This document shows positions 9,615 to 19,794 of a stretch of 64,000 nt of DNA, in pieces (position 1 is the stretch's first letter; each line of letters begins with the position of its first letter). Source of the stretch: an uncultured Acidobacteriota bacterium (GTDB lineage: Bacteria; Acidobacteriota; Terriglobia; UBA7540); the NCBI GenBank assembly GCA_963804995.1, contig CAWDSK010000003.1, positions 1,184,001 to 1,248,000 of the forward strand, given 5' to 3'. The notes beneath the pieces are model-generated. The model saw only the letters and a list, made by a program, of their open reading frames with translations, ran no database searches and was not told the origin of the DNA. The position numbers and the translations under genes are program-made.

Positions 9615-11657
9615 ATGAAGGAAAACAAAACCCGTCCGATGGTGTTGGTCGGCCGATACACCGTCCTGGCTGGACTGGCGGGATTGCTCATCGGAGCTGC
9701 GGAAGGGATATATCGTTACAGAAGTCCCATCCCACCGATTGTTCTCAAGCCTGATGTTTCTTACGTGATCTTGTTTCTCGGTCCCATGCTTGATGCTTTG
9801 GTTGGCGGATTTTTCGGCTTCGTTACGGGACTGTTCATCGCCAGCCGAAGCAGCCGAATCTGGGGCCGCGTTTCCCTGATGGTTGGGGTTTGTCTGGTGG
9901 CAATACTCGTTCTCGCGATTGCCAAAAACCCAGGGGATGCCGCGGAAGTTTTGATAGGCCCTTACCCAAATCCTTTCCGGCTGGCCATACGAATCGGGAT
10001 TCTTCTAACGGGAGCAGGGGCTTTCATCGTGGGGCGCCTCCTCCCTCTCAGAAGTCTAAGCATCGTGCTCACTGTGGCTTTGGCACTGTCGCTCGCGGGC
10101 GTGGGTGTCTACGCCATAAGGCCACCCCTGCATCAGGCCGGAGCTGCAACGATACCTGCAGCACCGACAGGAAAACCTAATATTATTCTGATTACGCTCG
10201 ACACGGTGCGGGCTGACCACCTTTCTCTCTACGGATATCCTCGCCGGACCACCCCGAGCATCGACGGGTGGGCGCGTCAAGGCGTAGTGTTTGAGAACGC
10301 CATCGCCCCGACATCCTGGACGCTACCCTCCCATGCTTCGATGTTCACCGGTTTGCTCCCGCATCAGCACGGCGCCGATAAAGACCAACCCATAGACCCG
10401 AGCTGGTGGACGATCAGCGAGGTGTTGAGCGGACGGGGCTACGAGACTGCGGGTTTCAGTTCAAACCTTTGCTGGGGCCTGATGGGCTGGGGGATGGGCA
10501 ACGGCTTTGAGCTTTATGACGACGATAGTACATCGGTGCGACATAATCTTGGAAACCTTCTCTGGGGCAGGATCCTTCTTCAACGCCTGTACGGAGAGTA
10601 TGTGCAGCCCCAAGAGATGGAGCGGAGGGACGCGGGCCAGATCAACCGCGACGTTCTCGGTTGGATTCACCACCGTTCGCCAAGGCCTTTCTACCTCTTC
10701 ATAAATTACTACGACGTTCACGCGCCATACATCGCGCCTCCCTACCCCGCTTCCCGCTTCGGCGCCATCTTCCCTTGGCTTCTCGACAGGATTGAATCCG
10801 TTATAGGAATGGGAAATGGCCATCGGCATCCTTCCGCCATGGATGCAGACTCCCCTACTGGCTATGATAACTGCTTGTCGTTCTTGGATAACTCTGTAGG
10901 TGAGTTATTGGATTCTCTTTCCCGCCTTCCCGGATGGCAGAACACCATCGTCATCATCACTTCCGACCATGGAGAGAGCTTCGGCGAGCACGGCACTTAC
11001 ACTCATGGTCATGACCTCTACAGAGAGGTGTTGCATGTCCCTCTCGTGATTTTGGGACCTAAAATTCCAGCCGGTCTTCGCATTTCGCACGTGGTTCGGA
11101 CACAAGAACTCTTTGAGACCGTCCTGCAACTTTCGGGTATGGACAACCCGCCGTTTCAACGGGCCAGCCTACAGCGTTTCTGGAGGCCAGGATTTGAACC
11201 GGGGGACTTTGATGAATTTGTGATTTCAGAATTATCACCGGAAATGAAGGCTCCCGCCCCCATCAGCTTGACGACCCCAGAATGGCAGTATCTCCATGAC
11301 GCGCAAGGCAACGAAGAACTCTATCACTGGGTGAGTGATCCAGACGAAAAGTTCAACGTGTCTAAGTCCCCTGAGAATCAGAAGGTTCTGAGGGACCTTC
11401 AAATTCAGCTTCGTGCGGCCGTCACCGCATCGCTCCGCCCCTGGAGAAGGCCGGAGTACGTGTCCGCACTGGGCGGATATGACCGGACCTTGGCTAACAC
11501 TTCCCAAATGGGCCCTCAGCTCGGTTCGAGTCTTGCCCACCCACCGGGGATTCCCATCGGAACCTCCCAAGCCTTTTTCCCGCGCCGCGCCTTTACGTCA
11601 CCCCAACGGCCACCCTCGACGGATGAGGAACTGTTGCGGAGTCTCCCTTACCAGTAG
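9615..11657 (+). CDS. Membrane-anchored sulfatase/alkaline-phosphatase-superfamily protein
   Basis: About 5 N-terminal TM helices, then NIILITLDTVRADH, WTLPSHASMFTG, DVHAPY, TSDHGE and HVPL motifs. Confidence 0.8.
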   Translation: MKENKTRPMVLVGRYTVLAGLAGLLIGAAEGIYRYRSPIPPIVLKPDVSYVILFLGPMLDALVGGFFGFVTGLFIASRSSRIWGRVSLMVGVCLVAILVLAIAKNPGDAAEVLIGPYPNPFRLAIRIGILLTGAGAFIVGRLLPLRSLSIVLTVALALSLAGVGVYAIRPPLHQAGAATIPAAPTGKPNIILITLDTVRADHLSLYGYPRRTTPSIDGWARQGVVFENAIAPTSWTLPSHASMFTGLLPHQHGADKDQPIDPSWWTISEVLSGRGYETAGFSSNLCWGLMGWGMGNGFELYDDDSTSVRHNLGNLLWGRILLQRLYGEYVQPQEMERRDAGQINRDVLGWIHHRSPRPFYLFINYYDVHAPYIAPPYPASRFGAIFPWLLDRIESVIGMGNGHRHPSAMDADSPTGYDNCLSFLDNSVGELLDSLSRLPGWQNTIVIITSDHGESFGEHGTYTHGHDLYREVLHVPLVILGPKIPAGLRISHVVRTQELFETVLQLSGMDNPPFQRASLQRFWRPGFEPGDFDEFVISELSPEMKAPAPISLTTPEWQYLHDAQGNEELYHWVSDPDEKFNVSKSPENQKVLRDLQIQLRAAVTASLRPWRRPEYVSALGGYDRTLANTSQMGPQLGSSLAHPPGIPIGTSQAFFPRRAFTSPQRPPSTDEELLRSLPYQ

Positions 11658-11915
11658 CGTCGCCCCATCCGGCAGGAACAAGACCGGGCTTCAATTGGTG
11701 GTGAAGGTTTATCCGAACTCTGACGAACTACCGGGGAGATAGATGTTAAACTGGCAGCCCTCTACCAACCACTTGGTTGTGCACGGGGGAATACCGCGGC
11801 AGTGAACCCTACACCTGTCCCCAGATAACCCAGGCAGGAATGGACCGGTGGAATTGGATGTTGAGCCAATCAGCCTGGGCACAGATAAGCAGGAAATCGA
11901 GGAGCTGCACCCCTA

Positions 11916-12726
11916 ATGACTGAGCCGTCGACCTTTGCATTTGGCGCTAATTGGCAACGCTTTTTGGGCCACGTCACGGAAGAGCGCGTCAGCAGTGCTG
12001 AGCGCTCGCTACTTGAATTCCTAGGCCTCGAAAATTTTCGGGGAAAAAGTCTTTTGGACATCGGTTGCGGAAGTGGTCTGTTCTCCTACGCCGCTTACCG
12101 TCTCGGCGCCAGTCGTGTGGTGAGCTTCGATCCTGACCCGCTTTCTGTCCAGTGTTGTCGATACCTTCACGATAAAGCCCATCGACCTGAAAACTGGGAA
12201 ATCTATCAGGACTCTATTCTCGACGAAGGATTCATTTCCTGCCTCGGACGGTTCGACGTGGTCTACGCCTGGGGAACTCTTCAGCACACCGGCCGGATGT
12301 GGGAAGCCATACGCCGCGCTGCGCAACTGGTGAACAAAGACGGCTTTTTCTATCTGGCGATATACAACCAAGTAGATGGGATGCTCGGGTCCAAGTTCTG
12401 GCTAAGTTTCAAGAGAGCTTTTAATGCCCTCCCGCGACCCGGGCAGTACCTCGTTCGAGCTGGGGGCGATTCCCATCTATTTTGCGGCTCGCCGCCTGCA
12501 CGCGCGTAGCCTGATTGCGGACGTCCAGAAGTATGAATCATCCCGCGGCATGTATTGGAGAACCGATATCACCGACTGGCTGGGCGGACTTCCCTACGAA
12601 TGTGCAACTGTGGAGGAGGTCTTTAAGTTCATCAGGACGCAGTGCGCAAGCTTCGACCTGCGCAACCTCAAAACCACCAACAGCCTCGCCAACAATTGGT
12701 ATCTCTTTAAGCGCATCGCGGATTAG
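11916..12726 (+). CDS. Class I SAM-dependent methyltransferase (UbiG-like), interrupted by a +1 frameshift near 12455
   Basis: FAFGANW and LDIGCGSG motifs. The C-terminal RGM...DWLGGLPYE continues in the next frame (ORF 12424-12726). Deleting one T from GTTCGAG at 12453 joins the frames. Confidence 0.75.
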
Positions 12727-12880
12727 ACGTGTCTGCCATCCCCTAACCTCGCCGCAGCCGAACTAAACGCCGAAGGGCTCCCCACAATTGCCCGCAAGAA
12801 GGCTCCAAGAATTCAATCAGGCGGGTGATGGAATAGGCACTCAAGCTGGACAACAAGGCGCGGATGAACTTAAGATTTGA

Positions 12881-14551
12881 ATGTGGGGAACCCCAGGGTC
12901 TACGGCGAAGATTCCCACGATTCTTTCCAGTCTGAATTCGCAAGCCGGGCTAGCTTCGGAGGCGCAAGAATTGTCGCCAACAGAACGGGAGGCCACGCCA
13001 ACAAGTTCCCGAATCTCTGAAACTGCGACGGCCCTCTTCTTGCTAGCCGCACTGATCTTTCTTTACATCATTCTCTTCACTCCGCCCTTCATCCCCACCT
13101 ATTTGGCGAGTGACGGAACAATCTTAATCAGCCAAGCTATACGAATGCTCCACGGAGAGGTCCTGTATCGGGACTTCTTCGAGTTGGTGCCTCCGGGAAC
13201 CGATCTGGTTTACTACGTTCTCTTCAAGTTGTTTGGATTTCACCATTGGATCCACAACGCGACTCTGCTGACCCTTGGAATGAGCTTCCTGTGGCTGAGC
13301 ATTGTCATCTCACGGCGAGTGCTGCCGCCTCATCTGGTTTTCTTGCCAGGGGCATTGTTCCTTTCCATCCCTTTTGCGAGCCGGCTCGATGGCACTCACC
13401 ACTGGTTCAGTTGCCTGGCCGTAATGAGCGCCCTGGCAGTCCTGATTGATCGGCGGACACCTGCCCGCCTTGTCGCCGCAGGGGGATTGTGCGGCATTGC
13501 GACGTGCTTTACACAACTGCGAGGACTCTTTGGCTTCTTGGGGTTAGCCACTTTCCTCTGCTGGGAATGGAGGAAGAGGCAAGAAAGCTGGAAGGCGCTT
13601 TGCAAGAATCAATTCCTGCTTATCTTGGGGTTCGTAATAGCACCCGCGGTGGTTGATGGCTATTTCATCTGGAAGGTGGGACTCGAGCGATTCCTATACT
13701 GCACCGTCGTTTTTGGGCTGAAATACTATGCAACCTTAGGAGGCGTAAACACTTTTTGGGGAGCCTTGCGGGACTCAGTCCTCCCTCTGGATTGGCAACT
13801 CCTCCGTTATAAGCTGGCCTTTCTTTTCGTCTTGCTGGTCACTCCTCTATGCTACCTACTCTTTATCCTCCGTGGGGGAAATGAGCACGCAGAAGCGCCC
13901 GATGCCCACGAGAGCCGACTCTGGCTTGTGGCTATCGTCGGAATATCACTGTTCCTGAGTGTGGCATTTACCCCCTCCGGACACAGGATTGCTCCCGGAA
14001 TGTTGCCCGCTTTGATTCTGCTCGTGTGGTTTATCTCCACTCTGCGGCGGTTTCGCCGGACCCTTGTGACCCTTCTCTGGCTTGGAGTTCTCGGATCGGT
14101 ACTCTTTGGTGCTTACTGGCGACAAGCCCACTGGCGAACCTTCTTCGATACACCGGGAGGCCGCATAGCCGTTCATGATCGAGACCTCGCAGAAAAGTTA
14201 GTTTGGCTTCAAGCAAGAACCCACCCAGAGGAATACCTATTTGATACCGAGTGGCCCATTGTTAATGTGGCTCTGGGATTGAGGAATCCTACGCCGATTA
14301 CGGTCCTCACGGATACGGACTATACCCGACCGGAGCAGGTTGAGGAAGTAATCTCAGGTCTGGAAAAACATCAAGTGCGCTATGTGTTATGGTCGGTGGA
14401 TGACTCGAACGCGCTCATAAACGGAAGCCTGGCCCCTGGGAATCATCTCGATCCCCTCCGTAGATATTTGCGGACGAACTACCATCAGGCGGTAACCTTT
14501 GCCGACGGCACGCAGACTTTGGAAAGGAACTCTTCCCAAACTCGTCCCTAA
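12881..14551 (+). CDS. GT-C fold membrane glycosyltransferase, paralog 1 (start uncertain)
   Basis: Multi-TM protein with RMLHGEVLYRDFFELVPPG and THHW motifs and a periplasmic C-terminal domain. Confidence 0.65.
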   Translation: MWGTPGSTAKIPTILSSLNSQAGLASEAQELSPTEREATPTSSRISETATALFLLAALIFLYIILFTPPFIPTYLASDGTILISQAIRMLHGEVLYRDFFELVPPGTDLVYYVLFKLFGFHHWIHNATLLTLGMSFLWLSIVISRRVLPPHLVFLPGALFLSIPFASRLDGTHHWFSCLAVMSALAVLIDRRTPARLVAAGGLCGIATCFTQLRGLFGFLGLATFLCWEWRKRQESWKALCKNQFLLILGFVIAPAVVDGYFIWKVGLERFLYCTVVFGLKYYATLGGVNTFWGALRDSVLPLDWQLLRYKLAFLFVLLVTPLCYLLFILRGGNEHAEAPDAHESRLWLVAIVGISLFLSVAFTPSGHRIAPGMLPALILLVWFISTLRRFRRTLVTLLWLGVLGSVLFGAYWRQAHWRTFFDTPGGRIAVHDRDLAEKLVWLQARTHPEEYLFDTEWPIVNVALGLRNPTPITVLTDTDYTRPEQVEEVISGLEKHQVRYVLWSVDDSNALINGSLAPGNHLDPLRRYLRTNYHQAVTFADGTQTLERNSSQTRP

Positions 14552-14921
14552 TTAGATTTCGCGGATAGTAAGCTCAATACTCTCCGCCTCATTATGAACG
14601 GGCAACAATACCTCAAGGGCCGGGGTGGTATTCGGCATTTCGCTCCGCTCATGGAAAAGCAAACTGACCTGGTACCTATTATAGCGGCCTTTGTGGGGCT
14701 GGGTCCGTGTAGTACCCGTAAAGCACACGGAGTTGCAAATGCGTTGGGCCAGCTACCAGTGGGAATTAGAACTGCCCCGTTCCGTGGGCCACGGAAGCAC
14801 CCAGTACTGAGAACTTGGCCGGACTTCCACTCAGAGGCAGTCGAGTGTATATTTTCGGCTAGCAGGAAGATCGAAAGGGAAATCCAGGTTTAAGCAAAGC
14901 CATTCCCTGAGAATCCCGGCA

Positions 14922-16550
14922 ATGCACTACACCTTACCAAGTCGTGAACCCGTGAAAGTCAGCCAAGGGCAACCTCCGGGGTGGTTCCAATACGGTTTTT
15001 TCCTTTTTGCCACGGCCTTCCTCTACCTCGATCTGTTTATTCTGCCCGCCACGCCGATTTACGATCCAGTTTTGACGGACCAGTGGATATATCTACACAA
15101 CGCGACACGGATGCTGGACGGCCAGATGATTTATCGGGACTTCTTCCAGTTCACCCCTCCTGGCGCAGAATTAACCTACCTTGCCCTTTTCAAAATGTTC
15201 GGCGTGCGTTCTTGGATCCCCAATGCCACGCTGGTACTCCTGGCGTTGAGCCTGACTTGGCTCTGCGTTTATATCTCGCGAAAGATCCTCAGCGGGTGGA
15301 CAGCGTATCTTCCAGGCCTGCTGTTTCTGGGCACGGCATTTCACAACCGGCTCGAAGCGACTCATCATTGGTACAGCGTGCTGGCGGTGATTGCGGCTAC
15401 TGCCTTGGTCATCGAAGAGAGGAGCCCAAGGCGGGTGGCCGGGGCGGCTGCCCTTTGTGCCCTGGGTGCTTTTTTCACTCAGGCTCGAGGACTCGCAACG
15501 GTCGTGGGCCTGGCCATTTTCCTTTGCTGGGAGCACCGGAAGAAGCAGCAAAGCGGCGGGTCGCTTTGGAAAGTTGAAGCGATTCTGGCCGGCGTTTTCA
15601 GCGCCGTCACCCTCGGGCTGAACAGCTACTTCCTCTGGGCAGTGGGTTTGAGACGTTTCGTGTGGAGCACAGTCATTTTTGGAATCAAGTACTATCCTGC
15701 GGAATCCTACGCCAACAGTCTTCAGGCTTACATGTTAGACCCACCCATTCCGACTCATGGGCATAGCCTCACAGAACTGCCTTCATGGGTCTTGATTCAC
15801 GCTCTTGTGCCCCTCGTCTACCTTCTGTTCTTTGCTCGTTACTGGCGTGAGTCAAGAAGAAGACAGGGGGAGCCCTGGGACCGGTTAGTGCTGGTGAGCT
15901 TGACGGGATTGTTCCTTTTTGTAGGGGTCGCGCCGGCGCCAATTTACATCAGACTCTGCACAGTCGCGCTCCCAGGGTTGATCATCTGGGTGTGGTTTTT
16001 GAGTTCGCCCGGAAAGCTCCTCTTCCTTGCGCGGCAAGGGATTTGGCTGGCCACGGTAGTTGGGCTGCTCGGCATTGTATTGCACATGCAGGCCCGATGG
16101 CACGCTCAGCTTTATGCTCCGATAGGTCGTGTGGCCCTCTTGAATCCCGGAGATTACAACCATTATTACTGGTTGCTGGCCCACACCCATCCTGATGAGT
16201 TCGTATTCGATTGTGGAGGAGAAGTATACTTTTTGCTTGGACTCAGGTGTCCCGCGCGAACACAATTCCTTTCGGCTACTGATTACATGAGGCCGGAGCA
16301 GGTTTGCAACGTCATCGAGAGCCTCGATGCCCGACGCGTGTTGATGGTCCTTTGGGATCCGTCATTCGACCTTGAAGTAACAGGAATCCAACCAGGTGAT
16401 CATCTGGGGCCGCTACGCGATTATTTACGGACCCATTATCATCCGGCCAAAGTCTTCGGAGATTCGGTAGTCCTGGAGCGAAATGAGATGATGCCCCATA
16501 ATTCTTCAATATCCAGCCCCGCCTCAAGGATTCCCTTGCCAATTCAATAG
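14922..16550 (+). CDS. GT-C fold membrane glycosyltransferase, paralog 2
   Basis: Colinear with the preceding gene: RMLDGQMIYRDFFQFTPPG, THHW, TDYMRPEQV, PGDHLGPLRDYLRTHYH. Confidence 0.65.
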   Translation: MHYTLPSREPVKVSQGQPPGWFQYGFFLFATAFLYLDLFILPATPIYDPVLTDQWIYLHNATRMLDGQMIYRDFFQFTPPGAELTYLALFKMFGVRSWIPNATLVLLALSLTWLCVYISRKILSGWTAYLPGLLFLGTAFHNRLEATHHWYSVLAVIAATALVIEERSPRRVAGAAALCALGAFFTQARGLATVVGLAIFLCWEHRKKQQSGGSLWKVEAILAGVFSAVTLGLNSYFLWAVGLRRFVWSTVIFGIKYYPAESYANSLQAYMLDPPIPTHGHSLTELPSWVLIHALVPLVYLLFFARYWRESRRRQGEPWDRLVLVSLTGLFLFVGVAPAPIYIRLCTVALPGLIIWVWFLSSPGKLLFLARQGIWLATVVGLLGIVLHMQARWHAQLYAPIGRVALLNPGDYNHYYWLLAHTHPDEFVFDCGGEVYFLLGLRCPARTQFLSATDYMRPEQVCNVIESLDARRVLMVLWDPSFDLEVTGIQPGDHLGPLRDYLRTHYHPAKVFGDSVVLERNEMMPHNSSISSPASRIPLPIQ

Positions 16551-16598
16551 CAAGCGTGGACCTGTTCTGCCTGAGACGCTACCGCCCGGTACACGGAG

Positions 16599-16626
16599 TT
16601 GCAAATTCGTTGGCAGCCAGTATAAC
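16599..16626 (+). promoter_or_regulatory. Putative sigma70 promoter for the ABC operon
   Basis: TTGCAA-N16-TATAAC upstream of 16788. Confidence 0.4.
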
Positions 16627-16787
16627 ATCTGGATGAGATGTCTAACCTAAGTTAGAGGCTTGCGAGCGGATCATCACCGAATCGCTTTTCTCCCTGCGCC
16701 GACTCCCAGACGGCGCCTGCCTGACGGTTAGAGCCCGACCCCAAGCGCTGGTTGGCAAATGACATATCACCAAGAATCGGGTAATCG

Positions 16788-17585
16788 ATGAGTAAGGTCG
16801 CCATCGCGATCCAGAACCTGAGGAAGACGTTTACCTTCGGGAAATTCTTCCGCCGACTTGTAAAGAACTCCCCCGGGGAGGGAGGGAAGGAAGTCTTAAA
16901 GGGGCTCAGCCTGGAAGTCTATGAGGGCGAAGTACTGGGATTGCTCGGACCGAACGGGGCGGGCAAGACGACCTTAATGGAAATCCTCTCCACCCTTTTG
17001 CTCCCCACCAGCGGAAAGGCCACCGTATGCGGGCATGATGTGGTTCGCGAAGCCAAGCAGGCCAGAAGGGCCCTCAGCTATTGTCCCTCAACCTCAGGAG
17101 ATTTCTACCCGCGACTGACCGGCGTACAAAACCTGGAGTTCTATGCCGCCTTAAATAATCTGCCACCTCGAGAAGGCAAGAACAGAATCCAGAAGGTCCT
17201 GGCCTTGCTGGCGCTTGAGGCCGGGAACCCGGCGCATTTTCAGCGCTACTCCGAAGGAATGAAGCAGAGGCTGACCATCGCCCGAGCGCTCTTGACCGAC
17301 CCTCAAGTCTTGCTTCTGGATGAGCCGACGCGGGGCCTTGACCCCGTGTCGCAAGGCGAGATTCGCAGGTTTCTGCGGGAACGCGTGGTGGACCAGCTTG
17401 GCAAAACCGTGCTGCTGGTCACGCACAGCCTTTCGGAAGCTGAACACGTATGCGACCGGCTGGCCATTCTCCATCACGGGCAGATTGTGGAAATTGGGAA
17501 ACCTCAGGAAGTCCAGGATGCCTTCGGGGGCCAGGACTTGACGGCGGCCTTCGAGCGAGCCGTGGGAGCGACGGAATGCCGCTAG
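16788..17585 (+). CDS. ABC-2 type transporter ATP-binding protein
   Basis: Walker A GPNGAGKTT, signature YSEGMKQR, Walker B LLLDE, H-loop VTH. Confidence 0.9.
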   Translation: MSKVAIAIQNLRKTFTFGKFFRRLVKNSPGEGGKEVLKGLSLEVYEGEVLGLLGPNGAGKTTLMEILSTLLLPTSGKATVCGHDVVREAKQARRALSYCPSTSGDFYPRLTGVQNLEFYAALNNLPPREGKNRIQKVLALLALEAGNPAHFQRYSEGMKQRLTIARALLTDPQVLLLDEPTRGLDPVSQGEIRRFLRERVVDQLGKTVLLVTHSLSEAEHVCDRLAILHHGQIVEIGKPQEVQDAFGGQDLTAAFERAVGATECR

Positions 17586-18370
17586 TCTGGAAAGCCTGGT
17601 CGTTCTTCAAGCGCGACTTGGTCACGGATCTCAGTTACAAACTCTCCTTCGCTTTTCAGGTGGTAGATATCCTGGCGGGCGTTGGGGGTTATTATTTTCT
17701 GGCCCGGGTTACAGGAAAAGCTGCTTACGGGGGGTACGATCCTTTCCCCTTCATCGTGGTGGGAGTGGCTGTAAACGGCTACATGACGACTTGCCTGGTT
17801 TGCTTTACGCAAGGGATACGGGGGAATCAGCCGCTGGGCACCCTGAAGATGGCCTTGGTCACGCCTACTTCTCCAGTCGCGTTTATCCTCTTTTCTTCGC
17901 TTTATCCGTTGGTGCGCGCCACCATCGATGCCGCCTTCTACTTGCTGGGCGGAGTGGCGCTAGGGCTGTCGCTCAGCCATGTAAATATTCCAGCTATGCT
18001 GTTAATCTACTTCTTATCAGCGCTTGCCTTTAGCAGCATCGGAATCCTTTCTGCCACCTTCACGCTCGTCTTTAAGCGGGGTGATCCGTTCGTGGTACTT
18101 TTCGTAGCTCTGGCCTGGCTCTTAGGAGGCGTCTACTACCCGATCGATGTCCTGCCACCGTATCTCAAGTTCGCGAGTCAGTTCATGCCCGTCACTCATG
18201 CCACCATCGGCTTGCGAGCCGCGCTGCTTGCCAATGCCTCCTTGACTCAAATACTCCCTCATATCGGCATGCTCGCTCTTTTCGCCTTGATTGGATTGCC
18301 CGTCAGCTTGCTCGCCTTCAGGTGGGGGGTAAGGTGGGCGAGAGGAGCGGGAACCCTCAGCCACTTCTGA
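17576..18370 (+). CDS. ABC-2 type transporter permease
   Basis: ATG 17576 overlaps the ATPase end. About 6 TM helices with GGVYYPIDVLP and P.TH motifs. Confidence 0.85.
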   Translation: MPLVWKAWSFFKRDLVTDLSYKLSFAFQVVDILAGVGGYYFLARVTGKAAYGGYDPFPFIVVGVAVNGYMTTCLVCFTQGIRGNQPLGTLKMALVTPTSPVAFILFSSLYPLVRATIDAAFYLLGGVALGLSLSHVNIPAMLLIYFLSALAFSSIGILSATFTLVFKRGDPFVVLFVALAWLLGGVYYPIDVLPPYLKFASQFMPVTHATIGLRAALLANASLTQILPHIGMLALFALIGLPVSLLAFRWGVRWARGAGTLSHF

Positions 18371-18495
18371 GGGAAGGGGCAACGGAGAAACCCATCAGGG
18401 GTAACCGCAACCCTGCGCAGGCTGAGGGAATCCTTCCTACCCTTCATGCTAGAATGAATCACCTAGCACGCATGAGTTGTCATCAGGAAGACATT

Positions 18496-19737
18496 ATGGA
18501 TTCCGTGGGCAAGAGCAGCAATGAGGGAGCGACAACTGAACTGACTGCTTCGCCTGAAACGAATTCGTTGGATCAGGTGGAGGTGTCGGTGGTGCTTCCC
18601 TGCCTCAATGAAGCGTTGTCGGTCGGAATATGCATTGATAAGGCCTTGGCCACCCTTAAAAGGATGGAGGTGAAAGGGGAGGTAGTGGTGGCTGACAATG
18701 GCTCCACGGATGGGTCGATTGAAATCGCTGAAAAACACGGCGCGCGGGTGGTGCGCGTGGAGGCGCGAGGTTACGGGAACGCCTTGCGGAAGGGCATCGG
18801 GGAAGCGCGCGGGAAATTCATTGTCATGGGCGACGCCGACGACAGCTATGACTTTTCCGAGGTCCCGCGATTCCTCGAGAAATGGCACGAAGGCTTCGAA
18901 CTGGTGATGGGCAACCGATTCCTGGGAGAAATCAAGCCCGCTGCGATGCCTTGGCTGCACAAGCATTTCGGCAACCCCGCCATCACCTGGACGTTGAATT
19001 CCCTGTTTGATGGGAATATCGGTGACGCCTATTGCGGTATGCGTGGCTTCAGCAAAGCTCTGTACGAGCAAGCCGACCTGCGCTGTACCGGCATGGAGTT
19101 TGCGCTGGAGTTGGTCATCAAGGCTATGAAACTTGGAGCGCCGGTCACCGAGATTCCCATCACTTTGTGGCCCGACAAGCGCGGGCGCCCGCCCCATCTT
19201 CGGACCTTCCAGGATGGCTGGCGCAGCTTGCGTTTTATGCTGCTTTACGCACCCAATTGGCTTTTCCTATTTCCTGGGACGATGTTGTTTCTCTTGGGCG
19301 TCGCAATCGTTCTGTGGCTCTTACCGGGGCCTCGGCATCTGGGCCGGACCGAGATTGACCTCCACACGATGTTGTTTGGGACGATGTTTGCGCTCACCGG
19401 TGCGCAGATTGTTTCGATTGGAATCATGGCCAAAGTTTATAGCTTGACCGAACGATTCTCCCGCAACCAACACAGTCTGGAGCGCTGGCTCTCAAGGGTG
19501 AAGCTGGAACAAGGGCTGGTGGTTGGCGCCATCCTGATGCTGGCGGGCGGCTCAGGGGCCGTTTGGTTACTCTGGAAGTGGATCGCCAGCGGATTCGGGC
19601 ACTTGTACCATGTTCGCGTGGTTATTTTCCTCGCACTCTGTTTCTTGCTGGGCGTCCAGGTCATCTTCGCTTCGTTTTTCATCAGCATGTTGGGAATTAG
19701 TCGTGGCACCTACATTGGCGATTACGATGGTCGCTAA
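18496..19737 (+). CDS. GT2 polyprenol-phosphate glycosyltransferase (DPM synthase-like) with C-terminal TM helices
   Basis: SVVLPCLNE, DNGSTDG, GDADDSYD and CGMRG motifs, 4 C-terminal TM helices, and AGGAAG before ATG 18496. Confidence 0.85.
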   Translation: MDSVGKSSNEGATTELTASPETNSLDQVEVSVVLPCLNEALSVGICIDKALATLKRMEVKGEVVVADNGSTDGSIEIAEKHGARVVRVEARGYGNALRKGIGEARGKFIVMGDADDSYDFSEVPRFLEKWHEGFELVMGNRFLGEIKPAAMPWLHKHFGNPAITWTLNSLFDGNIGDAYCGMRGFSKALYEQADLRCTGMEFALELVIKAMKLGAPVTEIPITLWPDKRGRPPHLRTFQDGWRSLRFMLLYAPNWLFLFPGTMLFLLGVAIVLWLLPGPRHLGRTEIDLHTMLFGTMFALTGAQIVSIGIMAKVYSLTERFSRNQHSLERWLSRVKLEQGLVVGAILMLAGGSGAVWLLWKWIASGFGHLYHVRVVIFLALCFLLGVQVIFASFFISMLGISRGTYIGDYDGR

Positions 19738-19794
19738 GCCCAATGGCGTACCCGGCCTGGGGATCGCGATGACAACGGAACTTCAGGTTGAAAA

